From: Felis catus
Taxonomy: Eukaryota
DNA length: 64,000 bases
Direction of reading: 5' to 3'
Assembly: GCF_018350175.1 (NCBI RefSeq)
Contig: NC_058368.1
Span: 183,212,001 to 183,276,000 of the forward strand
A model generated the notes under the pieces. It searched no databases and had not been told where the DNA came from. It saw only the letters and a list, made by a program, of their open reading frames with translations. Positions 39,513 through 51,625 of this stretch are shown here, one piece after another (position 1 is the first letter of the stretch; each line of letters opens with the position of its first letter). The position numbers and the translations under genes are program-made.

Positions 39513-41266
39513 TTATTTCCTTGATTGTTTGTTTAAATCCAGATACATATTAAGGTACAGCTGCTTTTGCTCATACCTTTGGAATGTTATGATTAATATG
39601 CTGGAAATCTCTCACTGGAATTGGAAACCTGATATTCTCTCCTAACTACACAACTGTGTGAAAAGCACACTCTACCTTAGTAGATAACCAGAGCAATGAT
39701 CACCACAAATCTCCACTGATTTTTCTGAGATATTATCATTGGAATTATGTTGAAATTGATTCAGTGAAAGACCCTTTCATGAATCCCCTGTAAGCATTGT
39801 CAAATATGCCTTTCCTTTTGGGAATATCATACTTATACTTCTTTAATAATGCATTGGCTGATCTGTATCACAATATGGAACCTCATCAAAGGTTTGTATA
39901 ACTGCTTCTTTTCTAAAAATAATGCGTATGCATGTGTGAGACAGAGAGACATAGAAAGTGGGAAAGTATGAGAGGGATAAATGAAGAGGGAGTAGAAGAG
40001 AGAAAGAAAGAGAGAGGGAATGCTTTCTGTATATGCTTAGCTCTGAAAAAATTACTATAAAGTTGACCAAAACTGCTACATTGAGGTATTCATAATTTTT
40101 AACTATTCTCTCTTTCTTTCAATTACAGTACAAGAGAGGATCTTCTCTTTTTTGATATCTAAAATATGCTTTCTCTTCTAGATTATGAGAGCTCCATTTT
40201 ATCTGTTATGTTTTAAGAAAGGGAGAATCAGATTCCCACTGTAATAAAGGCCATGCCTATTGAACAACACATTATAACACTGACATCTTGGTATTTATTA
40301 TTATTATTATTATTATGCCATTAACATTTGTAAAAATATTTTGAAAAGGCAGAGTAAGATAAGCATTTATTTTCACATCATGCTAACATAATCTGAAATA
40401 AGCAAGAGGCTGATATTGATGGTGAGAAGTAAATATCCATTATCCTCTAGTTTCTTACTTGAATATAGTTTGGATATAATTGTAGTAATTTGTACATAAT
40501 CTTCAACACAGTAAGTAGGCTATATTACAGTAAATCAAGTAAAAGAAATTCAAAGGACCGCCATTTGTGTTCTAAGTACTCACATTTGTTTATCTAAGAT
40601 TAAAGATTTTAATGCATTTGATACATTAAAGACATGGTGATTTTCAAATTGGTCTCCTGCAAATATACAGAAGTTATTAAAACTGAACCTGAAGTAAATA
40701 ACCACCAGAGAGCTTGCTGTGACAGCCATAACACAAATGCTTCCCCCGAGCATTTGGTGTTCTTTTATATTCTTGCCTATGTTCTTTCTTTCTATTTTAC
40801 ATTTTTTAGGGGTGGATATTATTTTCTTCTTATCTATCTATTCAATCCATTGCTCATGTGTCAAGATGCAGCAAAACCTCCTCTGTGGTTTTCCAGCTTC
40901 TCCAAACAGAACTCTTCCCCAATCTTGTTCCCATAGTGTCTTGTTTTTGCCTCCATTATAAAACAAAACAAAAATGGAGACGTTCCGTCATGATTTAAAA
41001 TATAATTGTGGTCACACATGTGAATTTATATGCAATTTCATTTCTCATTATGAAAAGTATTGGAAGGGTTCTATATAGATATATACAAAAAAAAGTAACA
41101 CACATGAGAATGTTAAGTGGTTAAACAAGGGTACAGAGATCTGATGTAGTGGAAGTTAAATGAATGAACACAAAATATATCAAAATACATGACACAAGTA
41201 GAGTGAGTATAGGAAAAGGCAGAGCAAGAGTGCATTTGTGATCTCCTTTTATTAAACCTCATAGAG

Positions 41267-42219
41267 GTCTAGGAAGCGGCAAGATGGCGGCTTAGGAGGA
41301 CGCTGGGCTCACCGCGCGTCCTGCTGATCACTTAGATTCCACCTACACCTGCCTAAATAACCCAGAAAACTGCCAGAGGATTAGCAGAACGGAGTCACCA
41401 GAGCCAAACGCAGACGAGAGGCCCACAGAAGAGGGTAGGAAGGGCTGCGAGGCGGTGCGCGCTCCACGGACTGACGGGAGGGAGCCGGGGCGGAGGGGCG
41501 GCTCACCGGCCAAGCAGAGCCCCCGAGTCTGGCTGGCAAAAGCGGAGGGGCCTGATGGACTGTGTTCCCACAACAAGCGCGACTTAGCGTCTGGGAGGTC
41601 ATAAGTTAACAGCTCTGCTCGGAAAGCGGGAAGGCTGGAGGACAAAGGGAGGGAGAGCTGCTGAGCCCCCTGACGACAGAGCTCAGCTTGGTGGGGAACA
41701 AAGGCGCTCGCCAGCGCCATCTCCCCCGCCCATTCCCCAGCCAAAATCCCAAAGAGAACCAGTTCCTGCCAGGGAACTTGCTCGCTCCGCATAAACACCC
41801 AACTCTGTGCTTCTGCGGAGCCAAACCTCCGGCAGCGGATCTGACTCCCTCCTGCTGCCACAGGGCCCCTCCTGAAGAGGATCACCTAAGGAGAAGCGAT
41901 CTAAGCCTGCCCCTCCTGCCCCCGTGCACCTTGCCTACCCACCCCAGCTAATACGCCAGATCCCCAGCATCACAAGCCTGGCAGTGTGCAAGTAGCCCAG
42001 ACGGGCCACACCACCCCACAGTGAATCCCGCCCCTAGGAGAGGGGAAGAGAAGGCACACACCAGTCTGACTGTGGCCCCAGCGGTGGGCTGGGGGCAGAC
42101 ATCAGGTCTGACAGCGGCCCCGCCCACCAACTCCAGTTATACACCACAACACAGGGTGTTATACACCACAACAACTGCAGGTGCCCTGCAGGTCCTCACC
42201 ATGCCAGGGACTATCCAAA
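41267..42219 (+). promoter_or_regulatory. L1 5'UTR internal Pol II promoter, CpG-rich, YY1-type site near the 5' end
   Basis: caagatggcgg at 41280-41290; GC- and CpG-rich against an AT-rich background. Confidence 0.8.
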
Positions 42220-43113
42220 ATGACCAAGCGGAAGAATTCCCCTCAGAAGAATCTCCAGGAAATAACAACAGCTAATGAGCTGATCAAAAAGGATTTAAAT
42301 AATATAACAGAAAGTGAATTTAGAATAATAGTCATAAAATTAATCGCTGGGCTTGAAAACAGTATACAGGACAGCAGAGAATCTCTTGCTACAGAGATCA
42401 AGGGACTAAGGAACAGTCACGAGGAGCTGAAAAACGCTTTAAACGAAATGCATAACAAAATGGAAACCACCACAGCTCGGCTTGAAGAGGCAGAGGAGAG
42501 AATAGGTGAACTAGAGGATAAAGAAATGGAAAAAGAGGAAGCTGAGAAAAAGAGAGATAAAAAAATCCAGGAGTATGAGGGGAAAATTAGAGAACTAAGT
42601 GATACACTAAAAAGAAATAATCTACGCATAATTGGTATCCCAGAGGAGGAAGAGAGAGGGAAAGGTGCTGAAGGGGTACTTGAAGAAATAATAGCTGAGA
42701 ACTTCCCTGAACTGGGGAAGGAAAAAGGCATTGAAATCCAAGAGGCACAGAGAACTCCCTTCAGACGTAACTTGAATCGATCTTCTGCACGACATATCAT
42801 AGTGAAACTGGCAAAATACAAGGATAAAGAGAAAATTCTGAAAGCAGCAAGGGGTAAACGTGCCCTCACATATAAAGGGAGACCTATAAGACTCATGACT
42901 GATCTCTCTTTTGAAACTTGGCAGGCCAGAAAGAATTGGCACAAGATTTTCAGGGTGCTAGACAGAAAAAATATGCAGCCGAGAATCCTTTACCCAGCAA
43001 GTCTGTCATTTAGAATAGAAGGAGAGATAAAGGTTTTCCCAAACAAACAAAAACTGAAGGGATTTGTCACCACTAAACCAGCCCTACAAGAGATCCTAAG
43101 GGGGACCCTGTGA
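42220..43113 (+). CDS. L1 ORF1p (297 aa; coiled coil, RRM, CTD), open frame
   Basis: ATG at 42220 (MTKRKNSP...); [22 protein letters not shown] and YPASLSF motifs; no interruption. Confidence 0.95.
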   Translation: MTKRKNSPQKNLQEITTANELIKKDLNNITESEFRIIVIKLIAGLENSIQDSRESLATEIKGLRNSHEELKNALNEMHNKMETTTARLEEAEERIGELEDKEMEKEEAEKKRDKKIQEYEGKIRELSDTLKRNNLRIIGIPEEEERGKGAEGVLEEIIAENFPELGKEKGIEIQEAQRTPFRRNLNRSSARHIIVKLAKYKDKEKILKAARGKRALTYKGRPIRLMTDLSFETWQARKNWHKIFRVLDRKNMQPRILYPASLSFRIEGEIKVFPNKQKLKGFVTTKPALQEILRGTL

Positions 43114-43163
43114 GACAAAGTCCCAGAGACATCACTACAAGCATAAAACATACAGACATCACA

Positions 43164-46100
43164 ATGACTCTCAACCCGTATCTTTCTATAATAACACTGA
43201 ATGTAAATGGATTAAATGCACCAACAAAAAGACATAGGGTATCAGAATGGATAAAAAAACAAGACCCATCTATTTGCTGTCTACAAGAGACTCATTTTAG
43301 ACCTGAGGACACCTTTAGATTGAGAGTGAGGGGATGGAGAACTATTTATCATGCGACTGGAAGCCAAAAGAAAGCTGGAGTAGCCATACTTATATCAGAC
43401 AAACTAGACTTTAAATTAAAGGCTGTAACAAGAGATGAAGAAGGACATTATATAATAGTTACAGGGTCTATCCATCAGGAAGAGCTAACAATTATAAATG
43501 TCTATGCGCCGAATACCGGAGCCCCCAAATATATAAAACAATTACTCATAAACATAAGCAACCTTATTGATAAGAATGTGGTAATTGCAGGGGACTTTAA
43601 CACCCCACTTACAGAAATGGACAGATCATCCAGACACACGGTCAATAAAGAAACAAGGGCCCTGAATGAGACATTGGATCAGATGGACTTGACAGATATA
43701 TTTAGAACGCTGCATCCCAAAGCAACAGAATATACTTTCTTCTCGAGTGCACATGGAACATTCTCCAAGATAGATCATATACTGGGTCACAAAACAGCCC
43801 TTCATAAGTTTACAAGAATTGAAATTATACCATGCATACTTTCAGACCACAATGCTATGAAGCTTGAAATCAACCACAGGAAAAAGTCTGGAAAACCTCC
43901 AAAGGCATGGAGGTTAAAGAACACCCTACTAACGAATGAGTGGGTCAACCAGGCAATTAGAGAAGAAATTAAAAAATATATGGAAACAAACGAAAATGAA
44001 AATACAACAATCCAAACGCTTTGGGACGCAGCGAAGGCAGTCCTGAGAGGAAAATACATTGCAATCCAGGCCTATCTCAAGAAACAAGAAAAATCTCAAA
44101 TACAAAATCTAACAGCACACCTAAAGGAACTAGAAGCAGAACAGCAAAGGCAGCCTAAACCCAGCAGAAGAAGAGAAATAATAAAGATCAGAGCAGAAAT
44201 AAACAATATAGAATCTAAAAAAACTGTAGAGCAGATCAACGAAACCAAGAGTTGGTTTTTTGAAAAAATAAACAAAATTGACAAACCTCTAGCCAGGCTT
44301 CTCAAAAAGAAAAGGGAAATGACCCAAATAGATAAAATCATGAATGAAAATGGAATGATTACAACCAATCCCTCAGAGATACAAACAATTATCAGGGAAT
44401 ACTATGAAAAATTATATGCCAACAAATTGGACAACCTGGAAGAAATGGACAAATTCCTGAACACCCACACTCTTCCAAAACTCAACCAGGAGGAAATAGA
44501 AAGCTTGAACAGACCCATAACCAGCGAAGAAATTGAATCGGTTATCAAAAATCTCCCAACAAATAAGAGTCCAGGACCAGATGGCTTCCCAGGGGAGTTC
44601 TACCAGACGTTTAAAGCAGAGATAATCCCTATCCTTCTCAAGCTATTCCAAGAAATAGAAAGGGAAGGAAAACTTCCAGACTCATTCTATGAAGCCAGTA
44701 TTACTTTGATTCCTAAACCAGACAGAGACCCAGTAAAAAAAGAGAACTACAGGCCAATATCCCTGATGAATATGGATGCAAAAATTCTCGATACTAGCAA
44801 ATCGAATTCAACGGCATATAAAAAGAATTCTTCACCATGATCAAGTGGGATTCATTCCTGGGATGCAGGGCTGGTTCAACATTCGCAAATCAATCAATGT
44901 GATACATCACATTAACAAAAAAAAAGAGAAGAACCATATGATCCTGTCAATCGATGCAGAAAAGGCCTTTGACAAAATCCAGCACCCTTTCTTAATAAAA
45001 ACCCTTGAGAAAGTCGGGATAGAAGGAACATACTTAAAGATCATAAAAGCCATTTATGAAAAGCCCACAGCTAACATCATCCTCAACGGGGGAAAAACTG
45101 AGAGCTTTTTCCCTGAGATCAGGAACACGACAAGGATGCCCACTCTCACCGCTGCTGTTTAACATAGTGCTGGAAGTTCTAGCATCAGCAATCAGACAAC
45201 AAAAGGAAATCAAAGGCATCAAAATTGGCAAAGACGAAGTCAAGCTTTCGCTTTTTGCAGATGACATGATATTATACATGGAAAATCCGATACACTCCAC
45301 CAAAAGTCTACTAGAACTGATACATGAATTCAGCAAAGTTGCAGGATACAAAATCAATGTACAGAAATCAGTTGCATTCTTATACACTAACAATGAAGCA
45401 ACAGAAAGACAAATAAAGAAACTGATCCCATTCACAATTGCACCAAGAAGCATAAAATACCTAGGAATAAATCTAACCAAAGATGTAAAGGATCTGTATG
45501 CTGAAAACTATAGAAAGCTTATGAAGGAAATTGAAGAAGATTTAAAGAAATGGAAAGACATTCCCTGCTCATGGATTGGAAAAATAAATATTGTCAAAAT
45601 GTCAATACTACCCAAAGCTATCTACACATTCAATGCAATCCCAATCAAAATTGCACCAGCATTCTTCTTGAAACTAGAACAAGCAATCCTAAAATTCATA
45701 TGGAACCACAAAAGGCCCCGAATAGCCAAAGGAATTTTGAAGAAGAAGACCAAAGCAGGAGGCATCACAATCCCAGACTTTAGCCTCTACTACAAAGCTG
45801 TCATCATCAAGACAGCATGGTATTGGCACAGAAACAGACATAGACCAATGGAATAGAATAGAAACCCCAGAACTAGACCCACAAACGTATGGCCAACTCA
45901 TCTTTGACAAAGCAGGAAAGAACATCCAATGGAAAAAAGACAGCCTCTTTAACAAATGGTGCTGGGAGAACTGGACAGCAACATGCAGAAGGTTGAAACT
46001 AGACCACTTTCTCACACCATTCACAAAAATAAACTCCAAATGGATAAAGGACCTAAATGTGAGACAGGAAACCATCAAAACCTTAGAGGAGAAAGCAGCA

Positions 46101-46982
46101 AAAGACCTCTCTGACCTCAGCCGTAGCAATTTCTTACTTGACACATCCCCACAGGCAAGGGAATTAAAAGCAAAAATGAACTACTGGGACCTTATGAAGA
46201 TAAAAAGCTTCTGCACAGCAAAGGAAACAACCAACAAAACTAAAAGGCAACCAACGGAATGGGAAAAGATATTCGCAAATGACATATCGGACAAAGGGCT
46301 AGTATCCAAAATCTATAAAGAGCTCACCAAACTCCACACCCGAAAAACAAATAACCCAGTGAAGAAATGGGCAGAAAACATGAATAGACACTTCTCTAAA
46401 GAAGACATCCGGATGGCCAACAGGCACATGAAAAGATGTTCAGCGTCGCTCCTTATCAGGGAAATACAAATCAAAACCACACTCAGGTATCACCTCACGC
46501 CAGTCAGAGTGGCCAAAATGAACAAATCAGGAGACTATAGATGCTGGAGAGGATGTGGAGAAACGGGAACCCTCTTGCACTGTTGGTGGGAATGCAAATT
46601 GGTGCAGCCGCTCTGGAAAGCAGTGTGGAGGTTCCTCAGAAAATTAAAAATAGACCTACCCTATGACCCAGCAATAGCACTGCTAGGAATTTATCCAAGG
46701 GATACAGGAGTACTGATGCATAGGGCCACTTGTACCCCAATGTTCATAGCAGCACTCTCAACAATAGCCAAATTATGGAAAGAGGCTAAATGTCCATCGA
46801 CTGATGAATGGATAAAGAAATTGTGGTTTATATACACAATGGAATATTACGTGGCAATGAGAAAAAATGAAATATGGCCTTTTGTAGCAACGTGGATGGA
46901 ACTGGAGAGTGTGATGCTAAGTGAAATAAGCCATACAGAGAAAGACAGATACCATATGGTTTCACTCTTATGTGGACCCTGG
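43164..46982 (+). pseudogene. L1 ORF2p, nearly intact: three indels and lost stop codon
   Basis: Versus copy A: -5 bp (aataa) at 44789/90, +1 G at 45088-45092, -2 bp (ca) near 45840; no nonsense codon seen; SDH, FADDM and CWRGC..H..C intact; TGA>TGG at 46980-46982 extends the frame to 47033. Confidence 0.95.
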
Positions 46983-47494
46983 GAAATTAACAGGAACCCA
47001 TGGGGGAGGGGAAGGAAAAAAAAAAGAGGTTAGAGTGGGAGAGAGCCAAAGCATAAGAGACTCTTAAAAACTGAGAACAAACTGAGGGTTGATGGGGGGT
47101 GGGAGGGAGGAGAGGGTGGGTAATGGGTATTGAGGAGGGCACCTTTTGGGATGAGCACTGGGTGTTGTATGGAAACTAATTTGTCAATAAATTTCATATA
47201 AAAAAAATAAATAAACCTCATAGAGTCCACTTAATGAGAATAAACTGGCTGCTTATAAAATTAGTGGGTTTTCTTGTACCTGAAAGACATTTTTTCACTG
47301 GGTAACCCCCAAAACAAGTGGACTAATGTAGTGGGCCAGGTCAAGCAACATTCCTGCATTCCACTAATCACTATGACCAAGCCACTCTCTACAATGCAGT
47401 CCACAGATACAACCACCAGTCAGCCTAAGTAGTTAGGGAGTAGGATGAAATAAATGAATCCAGGAATCGCATAGGAAGAAAGGAGAGAAAGGGA

Positions 47495-47675
47495 GTAGAT
47501 ATTTGATGAGTACCTGCTGTGTTCCCGATAGTGTGATGCCTGCTTTTTATTATATTAACTTAGTTGGTGTTCATGAAAAATGTGTAAGATAACAACTCCA
47601 ATTTTAAATTAAGAAAATGAGAGTCCAGAAAATGTAAAGAAATATTTTGAAGTAATATTGCAATTAAGTGTCAGA
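47495..47675 (-). mobile_element. Degraded MIR
   Basis: atttgatgagtacctgctgtgttcc...gaaaatgagagtccagaaa. Confidence 0.45.
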
Positions 47676-50600
47676 TATGTAGAAGTAAATTATTTCATTA
47701 TTTTCATGAGGGCCAGAAATTTTCAAAAACACATCAAAAGGTAGATCCCATTAATTTCAAGAGTATTTATGATAGAAAATTTTGAATATGGTAAAAGAAT
47801 CCCAGATATATAAGTACATCACCTCCTAAATATAACTTAAATTAACATATGTGTGATTTCAGCAACTTAACATCAAAAATAGAATGCAGGCAAAAATTTA
47901 GTAAATATAGTAGATACATAATAAGAGGCCAACAAGGAACAGTATACTTCCTAATTCAGACTTACTGAGACTTTATTAATATAAACACTGCTATAGCCAC
48001 TCAGTTCTACAGGTAAGATGGCTCTTTATTATTACTATGATTTCATACATAAACAAAAATATTCAAATTAGCTATAGCTACCTCATCATTAAATGGGATT
48101 GATAGCACTGTTTATTTATCCTAGTTAGATATCAACGTAACAAACATCACTACATGCGTTTGAACAAAAAAAGCACACACATTAATGTTGCATTATTGCT
48201 GTCTTCAAACAAGTGGATTGCCAATTTTCCTGTGTACTTTGTATATTTATTGAATTACGTGTTAAGTAAGTTGTTGTCAAGCAATGATTTTAAGCATCAG
48301 CACAGAGGCCTCCCCCTGGTAAGACGTGACACCCGGCATGCTGTAGTAATTGGGAAAAGAGTTGAACTTAGTGATCAATGACTTCTTTGAGCAAAATGAA
48401 AAATCCATGAGCATAAAACACTATGGAGTTCTGGGCAGAATCACCAAGAAAACCAAAGCCAATGTGAGAAATGTTGCTAGGATATGCTGTCAAATTAAAC
48501 ACCTTCATCTTTAATGCACACGTATACCCACAGACACAGACACTCACACACATTCACACACAGCATGCTAGTCTCTCAGATCATGAAGTTAAAACAGTGA
48601 ACACATGAAATGTAAAGGACTGAAATGAGACCCATGTTATTTCTGCATGGGAATGCGCTTTTCACAGAATTAGAAAAAAGAGAAACATGATTTTGATATT
48701 CTGAATTGACCAATGCATTACCATACTACAGTTTAAATGTCTGTAGCAAGCTAGGTAACATGGTCAACTTGTCAAAGTTGAGGGCAAATTATTGGCATAT
48801 GAGAGCATATACCAATCTAAAAGCCATTTTGGTATAAGACCATATACCTAGTTTTGGAAATGTATTAGATAAGAGAATAGCATCTCTGTCAGCTCCTTCA
48901 AATATCCCTCACTCCCCAAATCCAAATATATAAACTTTAATTACAAACATAAAGCTTCAGTGTTGGACTCTAGGGGATTTGTGATTAGTATTACCCCTAT
49001 CAAACTGAAATTTTTTTCACCAAATTGAATTATCATGTTTAAAACAGAAAAAAAATGTTCTGATTTGACTTTAATTTTAAAAGCATTGATGATGAAAAGC
49101 ATTTAATGCAAAACTTTCTCTTCCTTTCTTCCTGAGGTACTTACACTATTGCATTGTCTAGACAATTGTGGACGATACAACTGTACCTTACAGAATAAGC
49201 ACGTTTACAGTGTAAAAAGGAGCTAATATGAGTTGTAATGAAATTTAACAGATGAAAGCTTCCATTAAATTTTGTTTATAAAGTGTTGTCCTGGATCTGA
49301 TAGCAAACTCCTATAGAAATCATTTTTAGAACAGCAGAAATATGACAGGAGAGAAGTGCAATAGAGTGTGCCTAATTCATTCCAATTCACAGAGTAATGC
49401 ATTTCAATTCACACAGTGATGCATTCTAGTCTCCAACATGAGAATGCAATCTAGTTGATGCTTAGTAGAGTTGAAACAAACTCACAGCACCAGAAAACTG
49501 ACAATGTCTATTTTGCTAAATAGAGAAATACTTTAAATATTTTTTCACTATTTTCAAAGCTTGGCTATGCCTTATTTACCAAACTATATGTTATGATACT
49601 AGACCAATACTACTTATAAGACAATAGGCTTTGATGTTTGAATTCTTCAACTATTTTCACTGCAATTAAAGCTTTTTAAGAGTCAGCTTCTGATGCTCAT
49701 CTGGTTTTCTGGAACAGGTTTCAAAGCCTAATTAGAGTCAGACATTTCAAGCTTCTGGAAATCAATTTAGTGTTTACCATGAGCAACTGCCTTACTGGTT
49801 TTGGAAACTTTTTTCTAGAAATATACTGTCATATAAAATTTCAGTCATTAAATGTCATTATATATCTTTAGTAGTTTGATTTAGTGCTTAGTATTAAATT
49901 TTTTTCATATTCATTGTATTTTTTCATCTCTTTTGCTGATATATATTAATTTAGCACTAATTCTCAGATTATTCTTAGGAAGTCTTTTATTCAAATAAAA
50001 TTCCTGTTTTCCAGGTTTGAAAAACAAATCAAACACATAAAAGACACAAATAAATTGGTCAGTGATTTCCTGGGAGGCAGAAAATTTGAATTCACAGAAT
50101 TTTAGCATTGACAAATTAGGTTGTATATTCCTTTGTGGGGGAAAAACTAGAAAGAAAAATATAAATAACAACACAAAGAAGAGCTCTGTAAAATCTGCTA
50201 GAAGGACAGAATGGGGCTTGTATCAGTCTTTATATCCATCATTGCACTGAAAGAGACAAAAATGGGTCAAAGTAAAGGTAGATAAAGATTTCAACATTTA
50301 AATATTTGTGCCTTTTTTCTTAAAAGCTGATTTATTTTGCCTGGAGGCTAAAGGGAGCAGATGAATCTCTGATTCCTTTTATCCATTTATCACATGAAAA
50401 GTCATAATGAAAAGGACAGACAAAGTCCCTTAGGTGTGTAGATACTATAATCCTACTCAGGATATTTTACTCTAAAAAACGACCATTATTCAGCCATTGA
50501 CCCATTACACACATCGCTTCCATTTTACAGACTGGGCCATTTAAACTGAAAATGTAGAAATGACCTTCTAAGGTCACCAAAGCAATTTTAGCTGAGCAGA

Positions 50601-50924
50601 GGATTACTTTAAGTCCAACATGGTGACTGTGCCTTGCAAACGACTTTTCAATTTGAAGACTATGTTTTCTCTGAATTATATAAACTAGACATTAAAATAT
50701 AGAAACTCTTGAGAAATTTAATTAAGACAACGTATCTTGCTCATTAAATTACATGGATTCAAGATACGATGTCATTTTCAGCCAATCTTCCCAACATACA
50801 ACCTTCTGGGTAATCATAAAATATTTTAAAATAAAAATGCCAGTTTGATGTTAAACTATTGTGTTAACAATAGATTAAACTGAATAGCATAACATTTTGT
50901 TTTTAATGGAGGGAGTGGTTATTC

Positions 50925-51625
50925 TATGTTCATCCAGCAACATTTCTTGAGTACCAATAATAATCATACAATGTGTGAGAATTAGGAATAGGCACATGAG
51001 CAAGACAATAACACTGTTCTCAGTCTTCTACAAGAGACTAATAAGTAAAGCAACAATGATAGGACTTGAGCAGTCAGTCACATGGTGGGGAATTACTCAG
51101 AAAATATGACAAGCTATCCATCCATGCACTCAGTTACAATTAAATAAACACCTACTGAGTGTTAGGTATTGATTTATTTCTAGATATAAAACTGTGAAAA
51201 AAAAATAAACCATTTACTTTCCATCATGAAGATTATGCTATAGTGAAGAAAATGGACAAGAACTATCAACCAAATAAATATAACTTGAAATAAGGAATCA
51301 AGAGTAAATAATATATATATGTTTATCTTGACAGAGGGGACAAGGCCTGACAAGCACTCTATTATTGAGGGAGCGGTCAGGAAAGTCTTGTCAGAGAAAT
51401 TGACATGTAAGCATATATAACAAGGATGGGAGGAGTCAGTGATGCTAGGGTATGGGAGAAGAGACTTTCAGGCAGAGGCAGCAGCTGCAAGTGCAAAACG
51501 TCTGTGGTGGAAATGGGGTTGGCATGTTTTGGAGAGTACTGTAAGATTACTGCACCATGACTAGTTTAGTCATATTTGTAGGTAAGTTTACAGATGATTT
51601 TAAGCAGGAAAGTGAAATAATCTCA
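50925..51625 (-). mobile_element. L2 fragments (two 3' ends)
   Basis: ttcatccagcaacatttcttgagtacc; aaataaacacctactgagtgttaggtattg; tttcaggcagaggcagcagctgcaagtgcaaaa; gattttaagcagg. Confidence 0.65.

Larger units (their letters stand above)
41267..47211 (+). mobile_element. Full-length young felid LINE-1 copy B
   Basis: About 5.95 kb; perfect TSD taaacctcatagag at 41253-41266 and 47212-47225; 5'UTR, ORF1, ORF2, G-rich 3'UTR, aataaa. Confidence 0.99.

Noticed and set aside
42417..42944. 175-aa antisense ORF, and similar ones at 25580-26086, 28393-28818, 45034-45480 and 45689-46144
   Set aside because: Shadow frames opposite A-rich L1 coding sequence; Ser/Phe/Leu-rich with no independent coding signal
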